A DNA stretch of 63,225 bases, filler included, from Octopus bimaculoides (lineage: Eukaryota): assembly GCF_001194135.2 (NCBI RefSeq). It is 9 parts of 8 records of this genome, joined end to end, with 100 filler letters (N's around TTAATTAATTAA, not from the genome) between each part and the next. Parts side by side here need not be neighbours in the genome. Positions count along the whole stretch, not along the records: positions 21,497 to 42,228 come from NC_068983.1; positions 42,329 to 47,817 come from NC_068986.1; positions 47,918 to 53,593 come from NC_069007.1; 6 more parts are not named here. The stretch is one strand, 5' to 3'. The position numbers and the translations under genes were made by a program. Each line of letters begins with the position of its first letter. Position 1 is the first letter of the stretch. This document shows, one piece after another, positions 38,141-51,649 of this stretch. Under the pieces are notes generated by a model. It made no database searches. It had not been told where the DNA came from and was given only the letters and a program-made list of their open reading frames with translations.

Positions 38141-40712
38141 AAGAGTACATATGGGCGTGCGCATGTGTGCGTGAATGTGAGTACATAAAGTTTTCATTTT
38201 GCTTGCACTGTATTGCAGGACATTCACTTCATCAAATTGGACATAGATTAAAATGATTTCGATGCCTTCTGAGAGTCCCGTATGCTTTTGGTTCGCGTGC
38301 TTTGCTATGGTTGTGTTAATCATATAGTCATGAAGAATCGACCTAAGCTTCTCTCTGAAGTTTACCAATTCTATAATTACTAATATTTCTAACTCTAACC
38401 AAAACTGAAGAGCATTGTCGAATCTAGCTAATACGAAACCGAACATTCTAGTTATTATAACGATATACTGGTTATTTTGTTTTCAAGATATCTCTTTACT
38501 ACTTTCCGTGGTTGTAACAGCTGGTCTGTGTTCTTGTAACGCACTAAAGGGCAGATGTTTCCCAGGGGCTAAATGGTGATATTAAATCTGATGTAAGTTT
38601 AATCAACCTCCGAAGATCAGTCCTTTGAGCTTATGCTTCATCTATCTACTCAATTTCACCCAGAGTATAAAGGTTACCAAAATCACTTCGTAATAACGTA
38701 TTTTCTGGCAGATAAATCGACGTAATATATAATGTAAATATTAAGTGTAAACATCCAAACAGCGACACTGTCTTCCCAGACATGTTGCATTTCACATAGA
38801 ACGTTTTATCTTCCAAATTCATCTTTGCTTATAAGTTGGCCTACTCATTTTAGCTGTAAATTCTGGTCCGAAAACGTTCGACTTGTATGTCGGAAAATAG
38901 TACAGCCTGTTAGTAATTTTAATTAGTAAAAACTTTGGTCTTTTTTTTTTATGCCATTACAAATAAATATATTTGCATGTATTGATATATATTAGTGTAT
39001 ACAACATGTGATACACTCCTGCATTTTGGGAGCGTACGCGCATGTTTCTTATCAATTATGGGGTTTCAACAGATTCTGAACGTGTAAAGTCCATGAAATT
39101 ACAAGTTCGTAAAATATTTTGCAAATTGTGTGATGCATTGTAGATGTGTTATGTGTATGTATAATATACCTGTTGAGTTTAGAACTGCCGCACAAGCGAC
39201 TGAAAGTAAATGTTTGTTATGCGTATTGTTCTTAAAATCAATATCGTATCTTAAATTTATCTTTGTTGGATATGTGGCAAAGTGGACGAGGGAGTTTTGC
39301 TTGAAAATTTGTAGTTTAAATTGTTGTTTGTGCAAAGAGAGGTTTTCTTCCCTAAATTTCAAAATATTTGCTGTTGAAGTTATGCTTTTTAATTTTTCTG
39401 TGATATACATATACAGATTTCATCTACTGCCTCATCCCTTGTACTTGTATTCGCAGAACTTAGATATGATACTCGATTTAATTTGGGTGGGTTGTCGACG
39501 TTTCATGCCATATTAAACAATGAGATTAGCATCTCTTTTACTCTTATCTCTAAACAAACCCAAATGCTGTGTCTCTCGCGTTAAAGGTATTTCCAGTCAT
39601 TCCAATGTGTGTATGTATATATATATATATATATATATAAACAATTTGAAAATCCTATACGATTAGGTGAAAAGCGCTTTATTTAATTTATAAAACATGT
39701 GACATTAATAAAAATCTGTAAATGTACAAACATCCAAATTTCTGAGTACCTTAATTTTTTCCTATAATATAATTTCTGTACATTACCTATAATATAATTT
39801 CTGTACATTATTATATAACTATTTGAATGTATTTTCAAATAGTTATATAATAAAGTTAAGAATAAGGTATGGCAAACACATATTTTCAAATGTATCAATT
39901 AGTTATTAGAAACAATTTAACTGCAAATGCAAGAAATCAACAGCAGCGACAATTTCTAATAACCACGAGAAGATTTTAAAGACGAAAAAATTTTTAAAAA
40001 GAAGAATTTAAAGAAAGACGAAGAATTTTTTTTTAAATAGATATTTAAACTCTTTATTTGTGCTTGTATTTATAATAGTTTACTTGAAGTAATTTAGGAT
40101 ATAGGTCATTCAGAAAAACCTGCAAAATATTGAAAAATGAAAAGCATTAGAAATATTTAAAACACATCGATATTTATCTATATAATATACTTAACGTATT
40201 CCAGGTAATATCCCTTTATGACTATTTCTAAAGAGATTTAAGTGTTATACAAATAAAGATTTTACCCCAGACCTGCTTCTATTGCATAATTCGAATTTTA
40301 TTGCTTGTACGGTGTCATCACAAATCAGTATATTGTTTATAAGTTTCTGTATACTTCAGACTGGCCTATTTGAACTCCTTTCGGAGGTGACACAAGTACG
40401 TAACATTGACAATCCGCACCAACAGTGAAATACGTATCTGTCGCTATCGCAGCTACTTTCGGGACGATTTCTTTTACACCTAGATCTGAAGCATATTTTA
40501 TATGCAATATATTTATAGGGATTTTTCCCGGATGTTAAACATTTTAGAACTGCTTCTGTTCCATAATCAGTATTTATTTACTTCAACGATGCATTAGCAC
40601 ATCTAAGTATAATTATTAAAAATCGCAAAAAAAGTAGAATTAATTCAATTCAAACACAAGGAAACAAGCAAGCTGAGAAATAAACAAAGTGATTCAACAG
40701 TCAAGCAAATTG

Positions 40713-40773
<61 letters not shown>

Positions 40774-40803
40774 GCAGGCAGACAGGCAGACAGATAAATA
40801 GAT

Positions 40804-40866
<63 letters not shown>

Positions 40867-41189
40867 CTAGCCAGCCAGGCAGACATACAGACAACTACAT
40901 TTTATTCCTAAAGATCCTTGAAAGATAAGAAATATGATGATTATCTCGGCTCTACGAGGACGTGCTGATCGTTAGAATACCTTCGATCACAAGTCCACTC
41001 AGTCGAGTGAATTGCGATTAAGAAGAACAATGCAACTGTTAAATAATTAATGCAATTGTTATATGATTGACTAATTTGTTCACAAACTATTAATATCTAA
41101 CTTGATTTTTTAATTGTCTTCACTGTGTGCGGCGTGTAAAGTCCGTCTCAAAATTCACAGTAGAAATACGGCTCCCTAATAATAATCCA

Positions 41190-41395
41190 TTCTACTAGGA
41201 GCACAAGGCCTGTAATTTGGGATACAAGGGACTAGTCGATTACATCAACCCCAGTACTCAACTATTTGTTATTTCATCGACCCCGGTGCGCAACTAGTTG
41301 TTATTTCATCGACCCTCGAATGGATAAAAGGTAAAGTCGATCTCGGCGGAATTTGAACTCAGAACGTAAGGAAGAAAAAATGCCGCTAAACATTA
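41190..41395 (-). mobile_element. SINE family A copy with a short internal duplication
   Basis: Family A motifs; caacta.ttgttatttcatcgaccc occurs twice. Confidence 0.75.
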
Positions 41396-41578
41396 TACCA
41401 GTTTTCCACTTTCAAATGTCAAATAATATCCTTTCTGCTATAGGCAAAAGGTCCGAAATGTTGAGGGAGGGACTAGATGGTTACAGCGGATACACATTCT
41501 GTAAACCCCCGAAAGGCAAAGGGGGCCTCGGTGGAATTTGAATTCACGAATACCCAATAATATCGAGAGTAAACTTAC

Positions 41579-41791
41579 CAACGTATATTGTGTCTTCGTC
41601 ACCATACAAACCATGATGCTTTATAGCACGTTCGAAGATATGACATTGATCTTCAGTAGCTGAATAATCTAATGCACTACATTTCACGGCCAAGCATGTC
41701 TTCTCACATTCCAGTTTTGAGTTAATGTCGTTAACCAATTTTTTATCGTCGCAGGTGCTCAGTGCCGCTCCTTTAATTACATTCTTTTCAC
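41579..41791 (-). CDS. Internal exon encoding a PAN/Apple-like domain
   Basis: gtttcAG|GTGAAAAG...TACGTTG|GTAAGT; 213 nt, phase 1/1, open; GEKNVIKGAALSTCDDKKLVNDINSKLECEKTCLAVKCSALDYSATEDQCHIFERAIKHHGLYGDEDTIYV (CxxxC...C..xY......C pattern). Confidence 0.8.
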
Positions 41792-41822
41792 CTGAAACTA
41801 ATATTATACATATATGTGTATG

Positions 41823-41880
<58 letters not shown>

Positions 41881-42190
41881 TAGACACAGAGAAAGTTAGT
41901 GAATGAGAGAGAAATGGAATAAAAAGAAGGAAAATACACAGAATGTATATATTTTCATGAGATAAAATAGATATATAGTCAACCGGTTTCTCTTTTGCTA
42001 ATCATAACTAAGAAATTAGTTAAAATATTACAATTTTATGGTATCATAAGTTTTCAGTCCATGTTAGTAGTAGCGGGAAAGTTGTTTCGTCAACGAATCA
42101 CTAACTAAATAAATCTAAGGGATGGTAAATAGCAAATTTATATATATAACATATATAATATATATAATATATATAATATAATGTATATGT

Positions 42191-42228
<38 letters not shown>

Positions 42229-43079
42229 NNNNNNNNNNNNNNNNNNNNNNNNNNNNNNNNNNNNNNNNNNNNTTAATTAATTAANNNNNNNNNNNNNNNN
42301 NNNNNNNNNNNNNNNNNNNNNNNNNNNNATATATATATATATATATATACATATATATACGACGGGCTTCTTTCAGTTTCCGTCTACCAAATCCACTCAA
42401 GGCTTTGGTCGGTCCGAGGCTATAGTAGAAGACACTTGCCGAAGGTGATGCATATATTGTTGTTGTTGCTTTTACTGTTGTTGTTATGTCGCTGCTGTTC
42501 AACCCTGATCCAACAGACCAATGATCGAAGACATTCCAACCATGGCAATTTCTTGTTTTCGGACAATGGATTACGTTATCCAGTGTGTGATATCAGCTGA
42601 TGTAGTTAATTGTAGCTGGTTAAACGACAATATACAAGCTCCCTCATTGATTCAACACTCATTCTCATCTTTCTTTCTTTCGACTTGCGTTCTTTCTTTC
42701 CTTCTTCCTTCGTTCGTTCGTTCGTTCCTTTTTTTCCCGCAAATGTATCTTTCATTTCTCTTTTACTCTCTCTTTCTGTCTGTCTCTGTCTGTCTCTCTT
42801 TTCTTCTCTCTCTTTTTCTCTCTCCTTCTCTCTTATTATCCTTTCCTTTCTATGCTGCTTTCTCTCTCTTATATTCTATCCACCAGTAATTACCTCTATC
42901 CAAGCTCCACAGCCATTAACTAATGACAAATCATGCTGCTCACTCTACACCCTCCACTCACCCTCCACTCATCCTACACAACAAGAATGTCCTCCTCTGA
43001 GCTTCCCCTGGTCCTCTCCACCAATAAACACAGCTAACATTCCTGTACCCAGTCCACACAAGCACCTGTTTGACAACGG

Positions 43080-43250
43080 CAAACTTCTCTCCCCTCTTCC
43101 TCTTCCTCGTTCCCTCTTCCTCTTCCTCGTTCCCTCTTCCTCCCACAACTATTACTGCTACTAGTGCTGCTGCTACCGCCACATGTACTACCACTACCAC
43201 CACCATTACCACCTGTACTACTACTACTACTACTACTAAAAGTCAATTAT
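43080..43250 (+). repeat. (CTT/CTC)n and (ACT/ACC)n low-complexity tract
   Basis: Directly visible; source of poly-T and poly-S ORFs. Confidence 0.9.
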
Positions 43251-44214
43251 AAGACGGGTCTCCCCCTTCTGTGATACTATCTGCCAGTACAATTCATTTA
43301 ACGGACATACCACATAAAGGAGATATTAAAATCATCCATTCACGTCCCTAATTTTCTCTTTCTCTCTTTCTCCATCTCCAAACCTTCTCTTTCTCTCTTA
43401 TCTATTCTTTGTCTCTCACTCTCTCACTCCCATTTCTCTTACTCTCTCCCATTTCTCTCATTATCTCTCTTTCGCTCCCACATATTCCCCTTTTCTCTTA
43501 CTCATTAAAACCGCTTTCCTTTTGCTTCTATCATTTCTCACATCCTTTCTCCAATGTTCTCAATGAAATCCAGATCCATTCTCAGACATTCACCAACATC
43601 CATGGACATATCCCAATTGAATAATTAAATCTGCAGATTTTATTGAACATTTCTTCAATAGCAGATAGTTTTAGAGTCTGAGGAAAATGCTCTTAATTAG
43701 GATATTAGTTATGGTCCCAAGGTGGTAGAATGTATGTCTATGTAGCTAGTGGAAGAATTGTCTGGGTTACAGTAGGGTCTATAGAGAGAAGTAGTGAGAT
43801 CTGGAGTTACATCGAGAAAGTTAACCATTATTAGGATCAATTTTATATTCTACAGCTAATGCGAAGTCCGAAGAAAACATGTAGGTGCTTCCTTAGTCAA
43901 CCTTCTAGTAAAACTTATTGATAGATTTTAAAAAGTGCATCGGGATTTTTTAATTAGAATAGAAATGACTCCAAAACAACATCCTAGGATCGATTTTTAA
44001 GAGAGTAATAGTGAGAAGCTTTTTTGTTTTGTTTTGTTGTGATACCGGTTGTTGCTGTCGTCTAGTCTTAGATCAGCCTTGATCGAGCACATCTATGAGC
44101 AAAAGCGTTCCAATCATGATCATCCTTTCTTTCTGTACATCCATGTCTAATTTACTTAAAAATACTATTTATATATTTTCAAGATGCTAGAGTGTAGTCT
44201 GAGGGAGATTTGGT

Positions 44215-44770
44215 TGCTATTGAGCTGGCAAAATCGTTAGCACACCGGGCAAAATGCTTAGCAGCATTTCTTCCGTCTTTTTCCGTTCTGAGCTCAAATT
44301 CTGCCGAGGTCGACTTTACCTTTCGGGGTCGTTAAATTAAGTACCAGTTGAGTACTAGGGTCGATGTAATCGACTATCCCCCTCTCCCAAATTTCAAGCC
44401 TTGTGCCTATAATAAAAAGGATTATAATTTGAATCGTTAGCACGCCGGACAAAATCATTTGCGTCATTACATTCTGAGTTCAAATCCCGCCGAGGACGAC
44501 TCTGCATTTTATCTTTTAAGGGTCGATAAAATAAGTACCCGCGGAGCACTGAGGTCGATATAATCGACTAATACCCCGTTCCAAAATTTCAAGTCTTGTG
44601 CCTATAGCATTATTTGAACAAAATGCTTTGAGGAATTACGTTCGGAGTTTAAATTCCGTGGAAGTCAATTTTGCTTTTGTCCATTTCAGGGTTCCATTCG
44701 AACACTGGGATCGATGAAGTTGACTGCTCTTCCCCAACAATTTCAGGTTTTATGTTTATAGTGGAAACAA
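44215..44770 (+). mobile_element. Three tandem SINE family A copies of increasing divergence
   Basis: Repeated ttctgagttcaaat..gccgagg..ggggtcg..aagtacc..caaatttcaag units. Confidence 0.8.
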
Positions 44771-44984
44771 TTATTTGAGCGACTGGTATCTGGAATACTA
44801 CTAGGTGCTTTACCAGCTGGACATTACAATCAGTGGGATGTCTACTTAAACATTCTGTCGAAGGATACTGAAGGGTAAGAAGTGACATGGAAAGGAAACA
44901 CTTCTGAGCATAAACAAGGACATTCTGAGCGGTCCTTCTGGGAGATTTTGAACTCGTATGTTATGAACAATTTTAAGAAATACA

Positions 44985-45135
44985 TTATTTACATTATTTC
45001 GAACCAAGAAATTTCCCCAAGACACCTGATGAAGGCTGGAGGATATATCTGCCGAAACAAGATGAAGGCAAATATATATCCATCAAATATAAATAATGTA
45101 CATAATTCCTCATCTCTTAAATATAGAACTGTATA
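44985..45135 (+). mobile_element. Solo PLE pLTR-like fragment with partial hammerhead core
   Basis: CTGATGA (45026-45032), a-GGC...GCC stem, GAAAC (45054-45058); stem III and the cleavage triplet are absent. Confidence 0.55.
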
Positions 45136-45824
45136 ATTTTTTTTAAATGTTCTTGATCTGGCAGTGCTGCAGGAAATAACCTCTACAAGAAAGGCTGTGA
45201 CGGAGTCTCTAGCAACTGTCTGAGATACACTCAAGGCAACATAACTTTTCCTCTTAGGACAAGGTTTCAACTTTTTCAAGAATCATTGAATAAAAAGGTA
45301 AGGGTGGAGATGTAAGTGTTCTTCCTCCCACTTCCCATTAAATTTTAAGAAAGACATGTGGCAGTAGCGAAATCAGTGACTAACATGGCCTATTTCGTAG
45401 GCTATTAGCAAGAAGTGGGAGTAGGTACTTGCTTTTGGTGTACCAGGGTAATCCAAAATTTTGTATGGAGTTCCTATATTGGAAATAGAAGAAATGTGTT
45501 TCATGTGTGCCACAATACGTATAAGAATACCCGTCATTGTCGTAGCCTCATCAGTAGCGAGAGAAGAACATATTCTTCACGGTCTTCTGGGTTTAACAAA
45601 GAAATAATAAATACAGCAGAGAGTAGCCTCTGTAATCGCTTTCTCTCTCATGTCAGTGCAACATAATAATGTTCAACTATATTCTGTATATTGTCTGAAA
45701 CAACTGGAATCCATAACATGGTGTATTTGTGTAATTTATATAAAAATCATTCTACACAATCATCAGCTCCTTGCTTTTTTATTGACTGAGAGAACAATGT
45801 CATTTACCCTTAGCATTCCATTTC

Positions 45825-46457
45825 TAAAGGCGGCGAGCTGGCAGAATCATTAACTCGCCGGGCAAAATGCTTAGCAGCATTCCGTTCGTCTGGATTCAAA
45901 TTCCACCGAGGTTGACTTTGCCTTTCATCCTTTCGGAGTCGACAAAATAAGTATCGGTTGAGCATTGGGGTCGATGTAATCGACTAGCTCCTTCCTCCGA
46001 ACTTGCTGGCCTTGTGCTAAAAATTCAAACTAATATTCTATCTCTTTTCTACTCTAGGCACAAGGCCCGAAATTTTGGGGAAAGGGGACCAGTCGATTAC
46101 ATCGACCCTAGTACGCAACTGGTACTTAATTTATCGACCCCGAAAGGATGAAAAGCAAAGTCGATATCGGCGGAATTTGAACTCAGAACATAAAAACAGA
46201 CGAAATACCGCTAAGCATTTCGCCCGGCGTGCTAACGCTTCTTATTTCTTTACTGCCCACAAGAAGGGACAAACAAGAACAGACAAAAGGATTAAGTTGA
46301 TTATATCGACGCCAGTGCGTAACTGGTACTTATTTAATCGACCCCGAAAGAACGAAAGGCAAAGTCGACCTCGGCAGAATTTGAACTCAGAACGTAAAGA
46401 CAGACGAAATACCGCTAAGCATTTCACCCGGCGTGCTAACATTTCTGCCAGCTCGTC
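45825..46457. mobile_element. SINE family A cluster: one + copy tail-to-tail with a - copy, then another - copy
   Basis: + copy 45825-46035; - copies 46045-46240 and 46295-46457. Confidence 0.85.
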
Positions 46458-46644
46458 NNNNNNNNNNTTCACCTTTGCTTTTGTCTAAAGATGAATTTAA
46501 AAGATGGAAAATAGATTTAGAGATGTTGGCAATCGTTATTCAGACAGACTTTTGTTCTCTCTAAGATTTTTCAGTATCTAGTTAAGTATATAAAAATATA
46601 TATATTATGCTATATTATAAATATATATTATATCAAATTATAAA

Positions 46645-47132
46645 TCTATACTAATGAAAGCAAAATTCTGTCTGTCTGTCTGTCTGGGACCACTGTATCT
46701 CTGTCTACATTTGCTCTACATAGACATATTATACCTTTTTGGAATCAAGATGATCCCGAAATTGAAAATCTGCCCTTCATTTGGTTCTTTAACATCCAAC
46801 ATTGGGATCTGATTTAAAGCATTTGGGTTGCTATTTCCAGCAGGTAAAGCTTGGCCGATTAACATCATCTTTGTTGGCGTTTGTCGTTTACGACGAGATA
46901 AGAAATTTGGGACAAATTGGCCAACAGTTGGAATTCATCTTGGGACTGGAACAATCGAATGATTAATTCTTACCCGGCCTTAACCTCTAATAAAACATGA
47001 CAGGGACATCTAGTCATTATAGACGCATTGTTTTCATGCTATTTAGCTCTCTTAGGTTTTAGGCCGCAGGCGCAATTACCCCTCCGCAGGAGCTATCATA
47101 AAAGTCCGCACGGAGTGCGGATTTTAAGCGAG
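46645..47132 (+). mobile_element. Non-autonomous Helitron-like element
   Basis: A|TCTATACTAAT 5' end with (GTCT)n; 3' hairpin TCCGCAC-gga-GTGCGGA (47105-47121); ends GCGAG|T (CTAG variant); A/T target. Confidence 0.7.
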
Positions 47133-47494
47133 TATTAAAATATATCGAAAATTTTGAACTTGGTAGGCGCTAAATTTGAAGGCACTAAATATTTATAACA
47201 AACAAAACATACGACATAAAGATAATTCTCATTTTTCTAATTTTTCTAATATACACACAAAGATCCGGTTATCATCGCTTCACTTTTTACCATTTGCGTA
47301 CTTTTCGTGTTGTGAAATTTTTACCAAAGCTAGATTTATCCGACTATCAAAGTTGTTTTCCATGAGGTAAATTCTAAATATTTTCTTTCTCTGCTTGGAT
47401 TCTAACTGTGTTCAGTAATTGTCTGCAATATGACATTAGTTTCTGATTAGGTTTCCATGCAGCAGCAACAAATAATAATAATAATAATAATAAT

Positions 47495-47688
47495 AATTCT
47501 TTCTACTATAGGCACAAGGCCTGAAATTTTTGGGTAGGGCTAATCGATTACATCGACTCCAGAACTCAACTGGTACTTACTTTACCGACCCCGAAAGGAT
47601 CAAAAGCAAAGTCGACCTCGGCGGAATTTGAACTCAGAAATACCACCAAGCATTTCGTTCAGCGTGCTAACGATTGTGCCAGCTTGCC

Positions 47689-47690
<2 letters not shown>
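47495..47690 (-). mobile_element. SINE family A copy between (AAT)n tracts
   Basis: Family A motifs on the minus strand. Confidence 0.8.
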
Positions 47691-47736
<46 letters not shown>

Positions 47737-47739
47737 TAT

Positions 47740-47817
<78 letters not shown>

Positions 47818-47917
47818 NNNNNNNNNNNNNNNNNNNNNNNNNNNNNNNNNNNNNNNNNNNNTTAATTAATTAANNNNNNNNNNNNNNNNNNNNNNNNNNN
47901 NNNNNNNNNNNNNNNNN

Positions 47918-47954
<37 letters not shown>

Positions 47955-48784
47955 ATGAGATCTTTGGTTTCGATGATCGTGTTAGTCAGCGATGGCAAAG
48001 AAATGAATGTCAGAAGCCGTGTGTGATTGTTCGGTATTTCTTTACTTCTTACTCCTTAGACCGATGTGTGGTCTTTCACCTGTTCTTACAATCCTGCATT
48101 TCGCAGCACCAAAGAAAATGTCTGCCCACTCCATGATTGAGCAAAAATGATCTACTATTTATAATTGCTCTCAAGGAATATTTTAATACAATGAACCTCG
48201 TATTTATAAAATCATTTTGTATAATCATTTGCAATAATCATTTTGGTCACATTCATTTAGTGTTGTGCCCATTTTCAGAATTTATCAGATTATAGGGAAT
48301 CCCTCATTGGATTAAGGCACAATCTCTTCTTAGGTCCACTTGCTGGGTCAAAGTAATACGTATTCATAACTGCTACACAGTCTCTAGATTTTGGTAGCTA
48401 GCAAGCAAGTTAACTAGTTAGCTAGTTAGCAATGTAGACAATTTGTTAGTTAATTAGTCAGTTAGTTAGTTGATTATTAAGTTAGTTAATCGGTTATCTA
48501 GCTAGTTAGTTGTATCTTTAGCTATGTAGCTAATCAATTAACCAACAGAGTATCAATCTAATTAACTAGTACAGTGGCAGGACAGTGAGTTAGCTAGCAA
48601 GTTAGTTAACTAATTAGTTAATTAGCTCTCTAGTTAGTTAGTTTGCTTGACATTGAGTCAGACAGTTGGTTATATCCTCCTATAGAGGAATCGAAACCCC
48701 AATCTTACGGTCATGAATCCAAAACCCTAAACATTAGGCCACGCGCATCCACAAGCACACTCACACGCATGCACATACATTCAC

Positions 48785-48881
48785 ACGGAATATGAAGGTA
48801 TCTCTAAATATATGATTGTAATTATATATATATATATATATATATTACAACCATATACTTAGAGATACCTTCATATTCCGT
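48785..48881. repeat. Near-perfect palindrome centred on (TA)n
   Basis: acggaatatgaaggtatctctaa...gtaat-(TA)n-attac...ttagagataccttcatattccgt. Confidence 0.85.
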
Positions 48882-49035
48882 CTAATTTATTTATTCTATA
48901 AATCACTCATTCATATATATATTCCAGTTATGGTGGCACACATAGACACATATATTTTTCTTCCGAGACAGTTAGAGAGATGCTTTCCTGCCCTTTCACA
49001 CCTCCCACAACTTCCCTCACGAACTTCACATAAGC

Positions 49036-49072
<37 letters not shown>

Positions 49073-49834
49073 CAACACGTTATGAATTTGAAGATCGCAT
49101 CAAACAATTTCACATAAGTAATGAATAATGGATAATTAAGATATATTAGTATTACCCAGAAATGTATATATATGNNNNNNNNNNNNNNNNNNNNNNNNNN
49201 NNNNNNNNNNNNNNNNNNNNNNNNNNNNNNNNNNNNNNNNNNNNNNNNNNNNNNNNNNNNNNNNNNNNNNNNNNNNNNNNNNNNNNNNNNNNNNNNNNNN
49301 NNNNNNNNNNNNNNNNNNNNNNNNNNNNNNNNNNNNNNNNNNNNNNNNNNNNNNNNNNNNNNNNNNNNNNNNNNNNNNNNNNNNNNNNNNNNNNNNNNNN
49401 NNNNNNNNNNNNNNNNNNNNNNNNNNNNNNNNNNNNNNNNNNNNNNNNNNNNNNNNNNNNNNNNNNNNNNNNNNNNNNNNNNNNNNNNNNNNNNNNNNNN
49501 NNNNNNNNNNNNNNNNNNNNNNNNNNNNNNNNNNNNNNNNNNNNNNNNNNNNNNNNNNNNNNNNNNNNNNNNNNNNNNNNNNNNNNNNNNNNNNNNNNNN
49601 NNNNNNNNNNNNNNNNNNNNNNNNNNNNNNNNNNNNNNNNNNNNNNNNNNNNNNNNNNNNNNNNNNNNNNNNNNNNNNNNNNNNNNNNNNNNNNNNNNNN
49701 NNNNNNNNNNNNNNNNNNNNNNNNNNNNNNNNNNNNNNNNNNNNNNNNNNNNNNNNNNNNNNNATATATGTATACATGTCTCTTAAAGGATAGAGCTCAA
49801 AATCAATGCATTGAAGATACTTTATTGCAGCAAC

Positions 49835-49878
<44 letters not shown>

Positions 49879-51219
49879 TGGGTATGAGAGGTAATTGTGT
49901 CAAGTAGACCCAAAGGTGTCACGTAACGATGAGCAAGTGCTATGGACAGACAAATATGCAAAGGACAAATATTTTTCTCCAATACAGAACCAAAAGAGTT
50001 GCTTTTATTCTTGAGGCATAAATTCCTGTGGAGATTCCATTCAGTTTTTCCCTAATGAATTCGCTTAAAAATCATTGGTCAATCTGGGGCTATATCAGAA
50101 TACACATTGCCATAGATCAAGGTCACTTTACCGTATCGGAAATGTTTTTGGTGGGAAACTGGGATCCTTAACCTCACGTCCATGGACAGAGTAAGAACAG
50201 CTAAATTCAGATTAGATTCAGCTTTGATTGCAAATATTAATTGGTTATTCATTTCTGATTTTCATATTGCTCGACAGAGACACAAGAACAAATTCACACG
50301 CAAATCAACGCGCTCGCACATACACACACTCACTATACGCACACACGCACACACACGCACGCACGCAAGCACATAGATACGTACATTGATGCGTATATAT
50401 TGGTATATATTTGAGTCAATATGCGTGTGCGTGTTTGCACGCGTGTGAGTGTGTGTGTGGTGTGTGCGTGTGTGGGCGCACGCATACCATCATTGCACCG
50501 ATATCACCTCTCATCCTCTTTCTGCTCACACAAACACACACGCACACACCAGACATATATATATATATATGTGTGTGTGTGTGTTTGTCTGTGCGCATGC
50601 ATTTGCGTGTGTCTGCATGTGTTAGTGTGTGCATGTGTCATAACCATGTATATATATATGTATATATATATATATATATATATNNNNNNNNNNNNNNNNN
50701 NNNNNNNNNNNNNNNNNNNNNNNNNNNNNNNNNNNNNNNNNNNNNNNNNNNNNNNNNNNNNNNNNNNNNNNNNNNNNNNNNNNNNNNNNNNNNNNNNNNN
50801 NNNNNNNNNNNNNNNNNNNNNNNNNNNNNNNNNNNNNNNNNNNNNNNNNNNNNNNNNNNNNNNNNNNNNNNNNNNNNNNNNNNNNNNNNNNNNNNNNNNN
50901 NNNNNNNNNNNNNNNNNNNNNNNNNNNNNNNNNNNNNNNNNNNNNNNNNNNNNNNNNNNNNNNNNNNNNNNNNNNNNNNNNNNNNNNNNNNNNNNNNNNN
51001 NNNNNNNNNNNNNNNNNNNNNNNNNNNNNNNNNNNNNNNNNNNNNNNNNNNNNNNNNNNNNNNNNNNNNNNNNNNNNNNNNNNNNNNNNNNNNNNNNNNN
51101 NNNNNNNNNNNNNNNNNNNNNNNNNNNNNNNNNNTGGAATACTTTCTGGTTGTAATCACTTGTAAACCTATATATTTATTGTACTTTAGTTCGTAGCGGA
51201 ATGGCGTCGGCCTTCTTGA

Positions 51220-51422
51220 AGATGGTGATGATGATGGTAATGATGATGATGGTAATGATGATGAGGAGGAGGATGAGGTGGAGGAGGAGAAGGAGGAGGA
51301 GGAGGAGAAGGAGAAGGAGGAGGAGAAGGAGGAGGAGGAGGAGAAGAAAACGCACGCGATTATCATGATATGGATGAAGATGGTGAAGATGGTAGTTGTG
51401 GTGATGGTGGTGGTGATATTGG

Positions 51423-51460
<38 letters not shown>

Positions 51461-51620
51461 ATGATGGTGATGGTAGTAGTAGTGGTGGTGATGGGTTTGC
51501 TGCTGATGTTGATGATGATGTCGATGATGATGTTAATTACGATGATGAAGATGATGATGATGGTGGTGGCGGCGGGGGTGGTGATGGTGCTGCTGCTGTT
51601 GCTGATGATGATAATTACAA
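51220..51620 (+). repeat. Compound (GAT)/(GAG)/(GGT) trinucleotide tract
   Basis: Directly visible; gives poly-D, poly-E and poly-M pseudo-ORFs. Confidence 0.9.
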
Positions 51621-51649
51621 TATATATCTATCTATATATATGTTTATCT

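Noticed and set aside
45430-45640. SLATDEATT, resembling a hAT catalytic motif
   Set aside because: A single weak motif among stops.
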